Shown in pieces: positions 24,234-33,245 of a stretch of 64,000 nucleotides of DNA. A model generated the notes under the pieces. That model worked only from the letters and a program-made list of their open reading frames with translations. It did not search any database and was not told the DNA's origin. The translations under genes were made by a program, and so were the position numbers. Position 1 is the stretch's first letter, and each line of letters opens with the position of its first letter. The stretch comes from Patescibacteria group bacterium (lineage in GTDB: Bacteria; Patescibacteriota; Patescibacteriia; Patescibacteriales; UBA12465), in assembly GCA_028692765.1 (NCBI GenBank), contig JAQUWT010000002.1, positions 34,049-98,048 of the forward strand. The letters run 5' to 3'.

Positions 24234-24656
24234 ATGTGGTTATTATATGCTCTCTTATCGGCAATTTTTGCCGCTGGCGTCGCCATTGTCGGCAAGCTCG
24301 GCTTAAAGAATATTGATTCGACTTTAGCGACCACCATCCGTTCGGTCATTATGGCTGTTTTTTTAATTCTGGTGAGTTTTTCTTTAAAGAAATTTCGAGC
24401 TTTTAATATCCATTCTCTATCCGATAAAGACTGGCTCTTTATTGTCGCTGCCGGAATTTTCGGCGCGCTGTCCTGGCTGTTTTATTTCTTTGCTTTAAAG
24501 CACGGTCCGGCCACGCCGGTAGCGGCGATAGACCGCCTGAGCCTGGTGTTCGTGATGTGCCTGGCTTTGTTGTTTTTGGGCGAACAATTTTCGCTGCGGG
24601 TCTTAATCGGCGTGCTGATGATGGCCGCAGGGGCGATATTAATTTCTCTTAAGTAA
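24234..24656 (+). CDS. small EamA-like (DMT superfamily) membrane protein
   Basis: 140 aa from ATG 24234. Four hydrophobic helices; MWLLYALLSAIFAAGVAIVGKLGL. Confidence 0.6.
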   Translation: MWLLYALLSAIFAAGVAIVGKLGLKNIDSTLATTIRSVIMAVFLILVSFSLKKFRAFNIHSLSDKDWLFIVAAGIFGALSWLFYFFALKHGPATPVAAIDRLSLVFVMCLALLFLGEQFSLRVLIGVLMMAAGAILISLK

Positions 24657-24658
24657 TT

Positions 24659-25924
24659 ATGATTATGAAAAAGAAACCGGAATTGTTGGCGCCGGCCGGC
24701 AATCTGGAAAAACTAAAGACCGCCCTTGCTCACGGCGCTGATGCGGTCTATTGCGGCTTGCCGGATTTTTCCCTGCGCACCCGCGTCAATGATTTTTCTT
24801 TGGCAGATATCAAGGAAGGCATAGAGTATGCCCACACTTTAGGCAAGAAGGTCTATATCACTTTAAATATCATTGCGCGCGACAGTCATTTGTCCAAATT
24901 GAAAAGCCATGTCAGAAAATTGAAGGCGCTCAAGCCGGACGCCATTTTTATCGCCGATCCCGGCGTTTTGGAAACGGTGAAGTCGATTTGGCCGGAAGCG
25001 CGCTTGAGCCTCAGCACTCAGGCCAATTGTACCAATGCCGCTTCCGCCCGCTTCTGGGCGAAGCAGGGGTTTAAGCGCTTGATTTTATCGCGGGAATTAG
25101 GGATGCAGGAAATCGCCGCCATTAAAGCCAGTTTGAAAAAGACGGAAGTGGAAGTCTTTGTGCATGGCGCTTTATGTAGTTCCTATTCCGGCCGCTGTTT
25201 TTTATCCGATTATCTCATCGGCCGCAGCGCTAATCTCGGCGACTGCGCCCAGCCTTGCCGCTGGGAATATGAAATCAAGCCGCGCGGACATGAAAAAAGC
25301 TTGATTGCGGGCGAAGACGCGCACGGCACTTATTTTTTAAATTCCAAAGATTTGTGCTTGATTGAACGCTTGCCGGAAATAGTCCGGGCCGGCGTCGATG
25401 CTTTGAAAATAGAGGGGCGGGCAAAAAGCGTTTATTATTTGGCCAATGTAGTCGGCGCTTATCGCCGGGCTTTGGATTTGATTGCCGGTGGCAAGGCCAA
25501 AGCGGCTTTGACGAAAGAGCTGTCTTTTTTGAAATCGGAACTGACGGAAAAATTGAACCAGCGCGGCTACACCGAGGGCTTTATGTTCAAAGGAGAAGAC
25601 AATCTTCAAAATTATGAGGGTAATTTTCCGGATTCTCCTTGGGAATTTTGTGGCCAAGTAATTTCCAGCAGCCGCCAGGGAAAGCATTTTATGCTTTTGG
25701 TTAAAGTCCATAATACCCTATTGGCCGCTGATGAATTGGAAATCGTCGCGCCCGCTTACCGCGTCGGCCGGATAAAAGCCAAGGGAATGCGGGACGCCGC
25801 TACGGGCGATGAAATCAAGGAAGCTCACGGCGGCGGGGGAGATAGCCGCGTTTTAATCGCTTCCGGCCAAGATTGGCCGGCCTATAGCGTCTTGCGCCGG
25901 CGCCTAACAAAAACAAGCCTTTAA
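24659..25924 (+). CDS. peptidase U32 family protein
   Basis: PELLAPAGNLEKLKTALAHGADAVY...EVFVHGALCSSYSGRCFLS...CAQPCRW. Confidence 0.85.
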   Translation: MIMKKKPELLAPAGNLEKLKTALAHGADAVYCGLPDFSLRTRVNDFSLADIKEGIEYAHTLGKKVYITLNIIARDSHLSKLKSHVRKLKALKPDAIFIADPGVLETVKSIWPEARLSLSTQANCTNAASARFWAKQGFKRLILSRELGMQEIAAIKASLKKTEVEVFVHGALCSSYSGRCFLSDYLIGRSANLGDCAQPCRWEYEIKPRGHEKSLIAGEDAHGTYFLNSKDLCLIERLPEIVRAGVDALKIEGRAKSVYYLANVVGAYRRALDLIAGGKAKAALTKELSFLKSELTEKLNQRGYTEGFMFKGEDNLQNYEGNFPDSPWEFCGQVISSSRQGKHFMLLVKVHNTLLAADELEIVAPAYRVGRIKAKGMRDAATGDEIKEAHGGGGDSRVLIASGQDWPAYSVLRRRLTKTSL

Positions 25925-25957
25925 ATAAGGCTTGTTTCTGGGTGTTGTTATTTTTAT

Positions 25958-26434
25958 TTAGTGAAAATATTTGGCGATTATCAGGCCGATACCGTTGCTA
26001 AGCAAGAGGACGGCTATCGCTACTCCCAAATGTTCGCCCAAGCTTTCCCAGCGGCTTTGCCCCTGGCTTTTGGCTAGAAGATAGCTGAGGATGCTCAGGA
26101 TGCTTAATCCCCAGACAATGCTGATGATAATGGCGGTGGACAGGGGAAAAAAGAGAACCGGCACCACGAACGTGAGGGCAAAAATAAATTTGAATAAGAA
26201 AGTGAAGCCGGTGGCGGCCCAGACTTCTTTGGCTATCGCTCCTTCCTCCGTTTCTTTGGATACATGGACGCCGAGAGCGTCGGAAAAAGCGTCGGCGATA
26301 GCGATAGTCAGGATGCCGCCGATAACCGCCAGTTTCGAGCCGGTGGAAGCGTTCAGGCCAATCATCAGCCCCAGAGTCGTGATAACCGCCGAAGTCAGGC
26401 CGAAGCCCAGTCCGGCTAGCAGAGATTTAGTCAT
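25958..26434 (-). CDS. VIT/CCC1-like membrane protein
   Basis: 158 aa, polytopic. The AIADAFSDALGVHVSKE segment is typical of short VIT family proteins. Confidence 0.5.
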   Translation of the reverse strand: MTKSLLAGLGFGLTSAVITTLGLMIGLNASTGSKLAVIGGILTIAIADAFSDALGVHVSKETEEGAIAKEVWAATGFTFLFKFIFALTFVVPVLFFPLSTAIIISIVWGLSILSILSYLLAKSQGQSRWESLGEHLGVAIAVLLLSNGIGLIIAKYFH

Positions 26435-26477
26435 ATATTATCATTTGATATTGTCATTATAACAATTATTGGAGCTT

Positions 26478-27599
26478 ATGTCTTTATGGCAGGGAAAAAA
26501 CAGAAAGTTTTTATTTTATTCGCTCGGCGCTTTAGTATTTTTTTGTTCGCTCTTTTTTTATCAGGCCGGCGGTAACGGCCTAGAGTTTTGGCCCGATATC
26601 AAACCGGGCAAAGAGGAGAATTATAGTCAGGCGGAAGCATTGCCGGTTTCTCCGGCGCGTTCGCCTTTGGTCTTATTGTTCGGCGGCGACGTTATGCTGT
26701 CGCGCACCGTTAATGCCAAGATGGTGGCTTATAACGATTATGCCTGGCCGTTTGTCCGGATTGCCGAACTTAGCTCCGGTGCCGATGTTACCGTTTTCAA
26801 TCTTGAATCTCCTTTCTTAAAAGATGCGGATTATCACGTGCCCAGCGGCTCTTTTATGTTTAAAGCCGATCCTCGGGCGCTTGCCGGTTTGCAGGCGGCC
26901 GGAGCGGATGTTTTGTCTTTGGCCAATAATCACATGATGAACATGGGCGCCAAGGGCCTCAATGATACTTTGTCGATTTTGCAGGCGGCCGGGATAGGGT
27001 CTGTCGGCGCCGGCAGGAATGAAGAAGAAGCGCATCGAGGCTATTTATGGGCAGGTAAAGGTTGGAAAGTCGCCTTTTTGTCCTATGCTTATCCCGAAGA
27101 TAACAGCGTCGCCAAAAAAGAACGGCCGGGCATCGCCAATATGGACGAAGATAATCTGCGGGAAGATATTGCGCGCTGGCGCTCGCAGGCTGATCTGGTC
27201 ATCGTCTTGATGCATGCCGGCATCGAATATGTTTCTTCTCCCGATAAACAGCAATCAGCTTTTGCCCGGGCGGCCATTGATGCCGGCGCTGATGCCGTTA
27301 TCGGCCATCATCCCCATTGGCCGCAATCGTGGGAGATGTATCGGGGCAAGCCGATTTTTTATTCTTTGGGCAATCTGGTCTTCGATCAGATGTGGTCCAA
27401 AGAGACAAGCCGGGGGTTATTGGCTCGCTTAACTTTTAACGATAATCTTTCCGGACAGGCGCAGTTATTGCCGATTATTATCAGCGATTACGGACAGGCG
27501 CAATTATGGCCGGAGACTGAAGATGAGTCTAGTTTTTGGTCCGGCTATAATTTGGCTCCTCCCGCCGATTTATCTTGGCCAGTTCCCGGCGGCAATTAA
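26478..27599 (+). CDS. CapA family (PGA_cap) metallophosphatase-fold protein
   Basis: GGDVMLSR, NLESP, LSLANNHMMNMG, IGHHPHWPQ. ATG 26478 is preferred over the TTG at 26469. Confidence 0.8.
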   Translation: MSLWQGKNRKFLFYSLGALVFFCSLFFYQAGGNGLEFWPDIKPGKEENYSQAEALPVSPARSPLVLLFGGDVMLSRTVNAKMVAYNDYAWPFVRIAELSSGADVTVFNLESPFLKDADYHVPSGSFMFKADPRALAGLQAAGADVLSLANNHMMNMGAKGLNDTLSILQAAGIGSVGAGRNEEEAHRGYLWAGKGWKVAFLSYAYPEDNSVAKKERPGIANMDEDNLREDIARWRSQADLVIVLMHAGIEYVSSPDKQQSAFARAAIDAGADAVIGHHPHWPQSWEMYRGKPIFYSLGNLVFDQMWSKETSRGLLARLTFNDNLSGQAQLLPIIISDYGQAQLWPETEDESSFWSGYNLAPPADLSWPVPGGN

Positions 27600-28392
27600 T
27601 TTCCAGGATTTTTAACGGAGATTCAAAGCAGTTTTTTCTTGATAAAGGAGAAACTGTTTTTGTTATCCGCCGGCAGCATGCGCATAACTGCAAAATATTT
27701 TCCGCTTGCTCTTTGTAGTATGAAGGCAATTCATTTTTATGAGGCAGTCTAGTTAATCCTCGATGGGCGAAATTGCGGTGGCCATTTTTCCAGTCGTCGC
27801 GGTAGTCATAGAGGTCGTCGGCTAGTTGTTTGGCCGCCAGCAGATAGCATCCGGCTTTAAATAATTTTTTAGTTTCCGATTTTTCCCAGTTTAAGTGCAT
27901 GCTCAGGTGCAAAGGGGAGATTAATAAAAAAAGAGATTTTGCGCTTGGCGCCAATATTCCCGGCGGAATTGTTTTAGGCCGCTTGATTTCGGAAAAAATA
28001 GCACTATTTTCTTTTAAAGATATCTGCCGTAAGAATTTCCTGTTAAGCGGCGACAAGGGCACGGTGGCGCTTAGCGCCTCGGCGCTTTCCCAACAAGCCT
28101 TGGCTAAAGGCAGATTTATTTTTTTAATTTTCCGGCTGTCGATAAGGTCGTCTTGAAGATTGGCGGCTGTCCAGCGGTATAATGAGGCCGCACCTAAATG
28201 TATAGCCGTATCTTTTTGCCCGGCGGACGGGAAAAGCGGCAATATTGCCAGAATGAGTCCCGATATTAAGCCTCCTTCATCGTCTTTTAGGGTTTTTTGC
28301 CAATATTTTTCCAGCGCCAAAGCTAGCGGCCGAGGCCATTCTTTTTTGGTTTTTTCTGCCAGCTGGTATATTTTTTTTCTTTTGTCGGTCAT
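27529..28392 (-). CDS. class I isoprenoid (polyprenyl) synthase-like protein
   Basis: Two Asp-rich motifs: LQDDLIDS and LADDLYDYRDD. The start overlaps the histidine kinase stop (ATGA). Confidence 0.55.
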   Translation of the reverse strand: MTDKRKKIYQLAEKTKKEWPRPLALALEKYWQKTLKDDEGGLISGLILAILPLFPSAGQKDTAIHLGAASLYRWTAANLQDDLIDSRKIKKINLPLAKACWESAEALSATVPLSPLNRKFLRQISLKENSAIFSEIKRPKTIPPGILAPSAKSLFLLISPLHLSMHLNWEKSETKKLFKAGCYLLAAKQLADDLYDYRDDWKNGHRNFAHRGLTRLPHKNELPSYYKEQAENILQLCACCRRITKTVSPLSRKNCFESPLKILEINCRRELAKINRREEPNYSRTKN

Positions 28393-29762
28393 AAGGGAAG
28401 GCTGACAGTGAAAGTACTGCCTTGCCCCGGCTGGCTTTCAACTGCGATAGTGCCGTAAAAATCATTCTCGATTATTTCTTTGACGATACTAAGACCGAGG
28501 CCGACATTCTTGCTGTCTTCGGGTTTGGTAGTGAAGAAGATATCGAAAATTTTATGCAGATGATTGGACGGTATGCCAATGCCGTTGTCTTTAATGGAAA
28601 TAAGAAGTTTATTGCCGTCAATTTGCCCGTCAATCGTGATTTTAATGATTCCGGCCGTAGTTTTATTTTGCGCACACGCATCGATGGCATTGGACAGAAG
28701 ATTCATAAAAATTTGCCCGAAGCGGACGGGGCCGCCTTTGATATGATAGTCGCGCTTGGCTTCTAGCCGGATTGTCGTTTGCGATGCCCTTGCTTTTCCT
28801 TCCATGATTTTTTGGATTTTTTCTATTTCCTGCCTGACGGAAAAATATTTTTTCCGGCTTTGGCGGCGCAGGCAGCGGTTGGCACTGCTGATTAAGTCAT
28901 TGATTCTAGCGGTGGCGCTTAAGGCTTGTTGGATATATACGTTAGATTTTTCAATTTCGCCTTCGTTTTTCGTGTCTATCTGCTCAAGGTTAAGGCTGAC
29001 AATAGTGAGCGGATTAATGATGTCGTGAAAAATGCTGCTGCTTAGCTGTCCGATGCTGGCCAGGGCTTGCAACTGTTCCAATTTTTCTCGTTGCATCATT
29101 TTTATTGCCCTGGTTCTTTCGGCGACCTTGATTTCCAATTCCTCGTTAATTTTATTAAGTTCCTCTTGCTTATTTTTTAAAGACAAAAAAGTTTGTCTAT
29201 TTTCCTTAACTATCATCCAAGCAAGCCCAAAAATGAGACCGAGAATAATTACATAAGACAAAGCATCGGCTAATTGCATCGGTTGCTGGCGCCAATCATG
29301 ATTGACAGCGATTATTTGCTTGGTTTGTAGCCAATTTAGACCGATAATGGCAGCGGAAAAGATGAGGGCGATAGCTAAAGCTACTCTGGCGTTTAAAAAG
29401 ATGCCGGCTAGCATGATTATGAGTACCGTCATCAGCAGGGCGGCCGGCAAGTCCGCGCCCCAATAGCCTAAACAGAAAATCGTCGGCAAGGTATAGGCGG
29501 CAATTAAAAGCCAGGCGCTCAGATTTTTATGTCCCCGTCTGAGTAGAATTTGGAGAATTATAAAAAATATTAAGAGGCTGAGAGTCGCACCCAAGGGAAG
29601 GCCTTGGTTGTTGGGATTGATTATAAAGTCATATAAGCGAATCAGATTAAGCAACAGCATTATGATTATGGAAACGGCCAAGCTTTTGTCTAGCTTCTTT
29701 TCCGCCGGTGTTTGCAACTTGGTTGAGTTTAGCAGGTTCGTAAATATCTTTTTAAAAGGCAT
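28389..29762 (-). CDS. membrane sensor histidine kinase
   Basis: Six-helix N-terminal membrane region. H box IFHDIINPL, N box NLLSNAIDA, G1 DNGIGI, G2 GLGLSIV. Confidence 0.9.
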   Translation of the reverse strand: MPFKKIFTNLLNSTKLQTPAEKKLDKSLAVSIIIMLLLNLIRLYDFIINPNNQGLPLGATLSLLIFFIILQILLRRGHKNLSAWLLIAAYTLPTIFCLGYWGADLPAALLMTVLIIMLAGIFLNARVALAIALIFSAAIIGLNWLQTKQIIAVNHDWRQQPMQLADALSYVIILGLIFGLAWMIVKENRQTFLSLKNKQEELNKINEELEIKVAERTRAIKMMQREKLEQLQALASIGQLSSSIFHDIINPLTIVSLNLEQIDTKNEGEIEKSNVYIQQALSATARINDLISSANRCLRRQSRKKYFSVRQEIEKIQKIMEGKARASQTTIRLEAKRDYHIKGGPVRFGQIFMNLLSNAIDACAQNKTTAGIIKITIDGQIDGNKLLISIKDNGIGIPSNHLHKIFDIFFTTKPEDSKNVGLGLSIVKEIIENDFYGTIAVESQPGQGSTFTVSLPL

Positions 29763-30020
29763 AAAGATAAATTTATATATTAATTCACCGTGGTAGTAAA
29801 ATTATAAAAGCGCCTTCCTTGGGCAGGTGGGAAGGCGCTTTGGCTTAACTGCGCCAAGGGGTGCCGGGGTTATCGATTTGTTCCGGTGTTTGGCTAGTTA
29901 ATTGTTGGCGTTTTTTCATATGGTGAAGTATTCGCTTTTTATAAGGCGGCTCGACCGCGGACTTTATTTGTCCCCGCTCTAATGATTATAGCGGGTAGGG
30001 CCTAAATTCTATTTAACATT

Positions 30021-30692
30021 TCAAGCGGATTTGTCTAATTTATAGCCGCGTCCGATAATGCTGTGGATTAGCTTGGGTCGATGAGTATCTATTTTGCGCC
30101 TTAGTCTCAAGATGTGTGTTTCTACGGTATTGGAGAAGGGGTCAATATCACCGCTCCAGACATGTTCCAATAAAGACTCTCTGGAAACTATTTTTCCGGC
30201 ATTGAGAAGAAGATGTTGGAGCAGGGAAAATTCTTTGTTAGTTAGGCGGATATCTTTGCCTCCCCGTTTGACTTTAAATGATTTTGGTTCTAGTTCTAAA
30301 TCCGCAAAAACCAATTTTTCTTCTTTAACGGTTTGCGGTCTTCTTAATAAGGCTCTAATTCTGGCCAGCAGCTCTTCTCCGGAAAAGGGCTTGCTTAGAT
30401 AATCATCGGCGCCGATATCCAGAATGTTTATTTTATCAATAATGCTTTGGCGGACGCTAAGCATGATAATAGGAACATTGCGTCCATCATCTCTGATTTC
30501 TTTGATAATGCTGCCGCCGTCCAGCTTGGGTAAAACATAGTCGGTGATAATTAAATCATAGGCCTGTGTTCTGGCCAGAAACGAGCCTTTTTCGCCGTCG
30601 TTGGCGATGTCGACGGCAAAGCCGGCTTTTTTCAAAAGAGAGCCGAGTAGTTCGGCTAAATTTTTTTCATCTTCAATGATAAGTAAGCGCAT
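30021..30692 (-). CDS. OmpR-family response regulator
   Basis: Receiver domain (LLIIEDE...DLIITDYVLPKLDG...K) plus a winged-helix output domain (LTNKEFSLLQHLL...TVETHILRLRRKI). Confidence 0.9.
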   Translation of the reverse strand: MRLLIIEDEKNLAELLGSLLKKAGFAVDIANDGEKGSFLARTQAYDLIITDYVLPKLDGGSIIKEIRDDGRNVPIIMLSVRQSIIDKINILDIGADDYLSKPFSGEELLARIRALLRRPQTVKEEKLVFADLELEPKSFKVKRGGKDIRLTNKEFSLLQHLLLNAGKIVSRESLLEHVWSGDIDPFSNTVETHILRLRRKIDTHRPKLIHSIIGRGYKLDKSA

Positions 30693-30765
30693 ATATTTAT
30701 TTTACCATAAATTTATTAATAAACTGACAGCCTGAAGGCGGCTGCCAGCTTGAGAGCCTGGATGT

Positions 30766-30930
30766 TTAATCGTAGAGAATGTCTTCTAGGTCATAGCGGC
30801 CGTAAGGACGCTTATCTCGATAGGGACATTTTTTATCTGGTTTCGCCAGGCAGAGTTTTAATTTACCTTTGCTTCCTTGGTGTGGGCAAGCACTGGCGGA
30901 ACATTTCGGCCAGGGAAGATATTTTTTCAT
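30766..30930 (-). CDS. candidate 54-aa Cys-rich small protein
   Basis: Not in the track (under 60 aa). Sequence: MKKYLPWPKCSASACPHQGSKGKLKLCLAKPDKKCPYRDKRPYGRYDLEDILYD. It competes with the 80-aa plus-strand ORF at 30750-30992, which starts at a non-ATG codon. Confidence 0.3.
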   Translation of the reverse strand: MKKYLPWPKCSASACPHQGSKGKLKLCLAKPDKKCPYRDKRPYGRYDLEDILYD

Positions 30931-31039
30931 ATTTTTGGTTTTTTATAAGGAGCTTTGGTTATTATATCAAGTGTCTGATAACATTTGCTTAACATTTTTT
31001 CGGTTTGCCCTTTTTTAGAAATCGGGCTAGAATTAAAAT

Positions 31040-33124
31040 ATGGCCGGATTAAAGAAAAAACGTTTTTTTCTGGGAGATTTTATGTCATCTCAGGGAAATG
31101 GCAGCGATCCTTTTGTGATAAAAGAGGGTGATTTTAGGTTTGGCCAGTTGAAAGATTCCGCCTATTATACCGATTGGACCGAGCATTCATTTCTGTCCGA
31201 TAGCCGCGACAAAGAAGTGGTCGGGCGGACTTTCAATATCAAGAAGATTGTACCGATAAAAATAATAGTTTTGTTATTTATCCTTATTTTGGCCGGCAGA
31301 ACCGCTTGGCTGCAAATTATCAGAGGCTCTCATTATATCGGATTAGCCGAGGGTAATCGTTTGCGCCTGGAAAATATCGAGCCGAAAAGAGGAATTATCT
31401 ATGACCGGAAAGGACGCGCCTTGGTGCGCAATACCGCCAATTTTGTCCTATCTTTGCGGCCGATAGATTTGCCCCGGGATGAATTGGTGCGAGATGAATT
31501 GCTGCGGCGGATAAGCTTTATCATCGATGATATGCCGGAGGATTCTGGTTTGGATGCCAATCTTGATTTAGTATCTGACGGCCCCTCTTTTCAGCTGATG
31601 AAAAATGCCGTCGACGGCATTTCCATTTTTTCTTTAGAAGCGTATCAGCCGGTTTTCATCGCCGATAATATCGGTTATGAGCAAGCGCTGCGACTGTTGT
31701 CTTCTATTGATTCTTTGCCCGGGGTGATTATTGATACAAAGATTAGGCGAGAATATCCTTTTACCGCCAATCAAGAAGATGGTACGGCCTCAGATTTATC
31801 CAGTCTTTCCCATATTCTCGGTTATACCGGTAAAATCACTCTTGAGGCTCTTAATCGTCTCGGTCCCCAATACTCCTTAGTCGATTATGTCGGGAAGACA
31901 GGTTTGGAATATTCCTGGGAGAAGGAACTAAAGGGGGTTAACGGCCATAAGAATATTGAAGTAGATGCTTTAGGAAGGCGCAAAAAAGTGGTAAGTGAAT
32001 TGGCGCCGGTCGCCGGTTATAATTTAAAATTATCTTTAGATTTGGATTTGCAGCGCCAGGCCGAGATTATTACCAAAAATTGGCTGGCAAAGACCAAAAC
32101 CGCCAGAGCGGCGGTGATTGCCATGGATCCACGCAACGGCCAGATTTTGGCGTTGGTGAGCCTGCCTGCTTATAATAATAATCTTTTTGCCCGCGGCGTC
32201 AGCCAAGAAGAATACGATGTTTTTCTTAATGATGAAAATCATCCTCTTTTCAACCGCGCCATTAGCGGCGAAATTCCCTCCGGTTCGACCATTAAGCCGG
32301 TAATCGCCACCGCCGCCTTGCAAGAAAAGGTCATTTCCGAAAATACGAGCTTCCTCAGCGTCGGCGGTATTTATATCGGCCAGTGGTTTTTCCCTGATTG
32401 GAAGGCCGGCGGCCATGGCGTGACCGATGTGCGCAAGGCTCTGGCCGAATCGGTCAATACTTTTTTCTATTACATCGGCGGCGGTTATCAGGATTTTGTC
32501 GGTTTGGGAGTTGATCGCTTGGTAAAATATATGCGCTTATTTGGTTTAGGGGAAAAAACCGGCATTGATTTAAACGGAGAATCATCCGGATTTGTGCCGA
32601 CTCCGGCTTGGAAGGAAGAAACAAAAAATGAAGCTTGGTATATTGGCGATACTTATCATATATCTATCGGTCAAGGAGATATTTTAGTTACGCCGCTTCA
32701 GGTGGCCAACTTTACCGCCGCGGTTGCTAATGGCGGTATTCTTTATCGCCCTAGCTTGGTTCAAGGTTTATTAGACGAGAATAATCAGACAGTAAAGGAT
32801 ATTGCTCCAGAAATTATCCGCCGTGATTTTATCGATTCCTATAATCTTCAGGTAGTGCGCGAAGGCATGCGCCAGACGGTTACCGCCGGTAGCGCTCGCA
32901 GCCTGAATGTTTTGCCGGTAAACGCCGCCGGTAAGACCGGTACGGCCCAATGGTCTAGCATGAAAGATAATCATGCTTGGTTTACGGGCTTTGCTCCTTA
33001 TGAAAATCCGGAAATCGTTATTACCGTTTTAGTTGAAGAAGGGCGGGAGGGAAGTGAAGTCTCCGTGCCAATTGCGCGCGAAATTCTTAATTGGTATTTT
33101 TCTCAGTCAGAAGAGGCACGTTAA
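31040..33124 (+). CDS. penicillin-binding protein 2 / FtsI-family transpeptidase
   Basis: N-terminal TM helix. SxxK (SGSTIKP), SxN (ESVNTFF), KTG (GKTGTA). Confidence 0.9.
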   Translation: MAGLKKKRFFLGDFMSSQGNGSDPFVIKEGDFRFGQLKDSAYYTDWTEHSFLSDSRDKEVVGRTFNIKKIVPIKIIVLLFILILAGRTAWLQIIRGSHYIGLAEGNRLRLENIEPKRGIIYDRKGRALVRNTANFVLSLRPIDLPRDELVRDELLRRISFIIDDMPEDSGLDANLDLVSDGPSFQLMKNAVDGISIFSLEAYQPVFIADNIGYEQALRLLSSIDSLPGVIIDTKIRREYPFTANQEDGTASDLSSLSHILGYTGKITLEALNRLGPQYSLVDYVGKTGLEYSWEKELKGVNGHKNIEVDALGRRKKVVSELAPVAGYNLKLSLDLDLQRQAEIITKNWLAKTKTARAAVIAMDPRNGQILALVSLPAYNNNLFARGVSQEEYDVFLNDENHPLFNRAISGEIPSGSTIKPVIATAALQEKVISENTSFLSVGGIYIGQWFFPDWKAGGHGVTDVRKALAESVNTFFYYIGGGYQDFVGLGVDRLVKYMRLFGLGEKTGIDLNGESSGFVPTPAWKEETKNEAWYIGDTYHISIGQGDILVTPLQVANFTAAVANGGILYRPSLVQGLLDENNQTVKDIAPEIIRRDFIDSYNLQVVREGMRQTVTAGSARSLNVLPVNAAGKTGTAQWSSMKDNHAWFTGFAPYENPEIVITVLVEEGREGSEVSVPIAREILNWYFSQSEEAR

Positions 33125-33178
33125 TGAAATGGCGATAACAATAAATTTATATTAATATTAGCCAATTTAATATTATTA

Positions 33179-33205
33179 TTAGCACTCTCTTGACTTGAGT
33201 GCTAA
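33179..33205. promoter_or_regulatory. CIRCE operator (HrcA binding site) upstream of hrcA
   Basis: TTAGCACTC-TCTTGACTT-GAGTGCTAA is a perfect match to consensus TTAGCACTC-N9-GAGTGCTAA. It overlaps promoter TTGACT (33190-33195)-N17-TATAAT (33213-33218). Confidence 0.95.
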
Positions 33206-33245
33206 TTTTTTTTATAATACTGTCAGTAATCTAAATTAAGGTTTT

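Noticed and set aside
27529-27599. The 71-nt convergent overlap of capA and the polyprenyl-synthase-like gene might be a sign of mis-assembly or a frameshift.
   Set aside because: Both frames read through cleanly to their own stops and nothing indicates an error. The overlap is mentioned within the kinase-synthase finding rather than reported separately.
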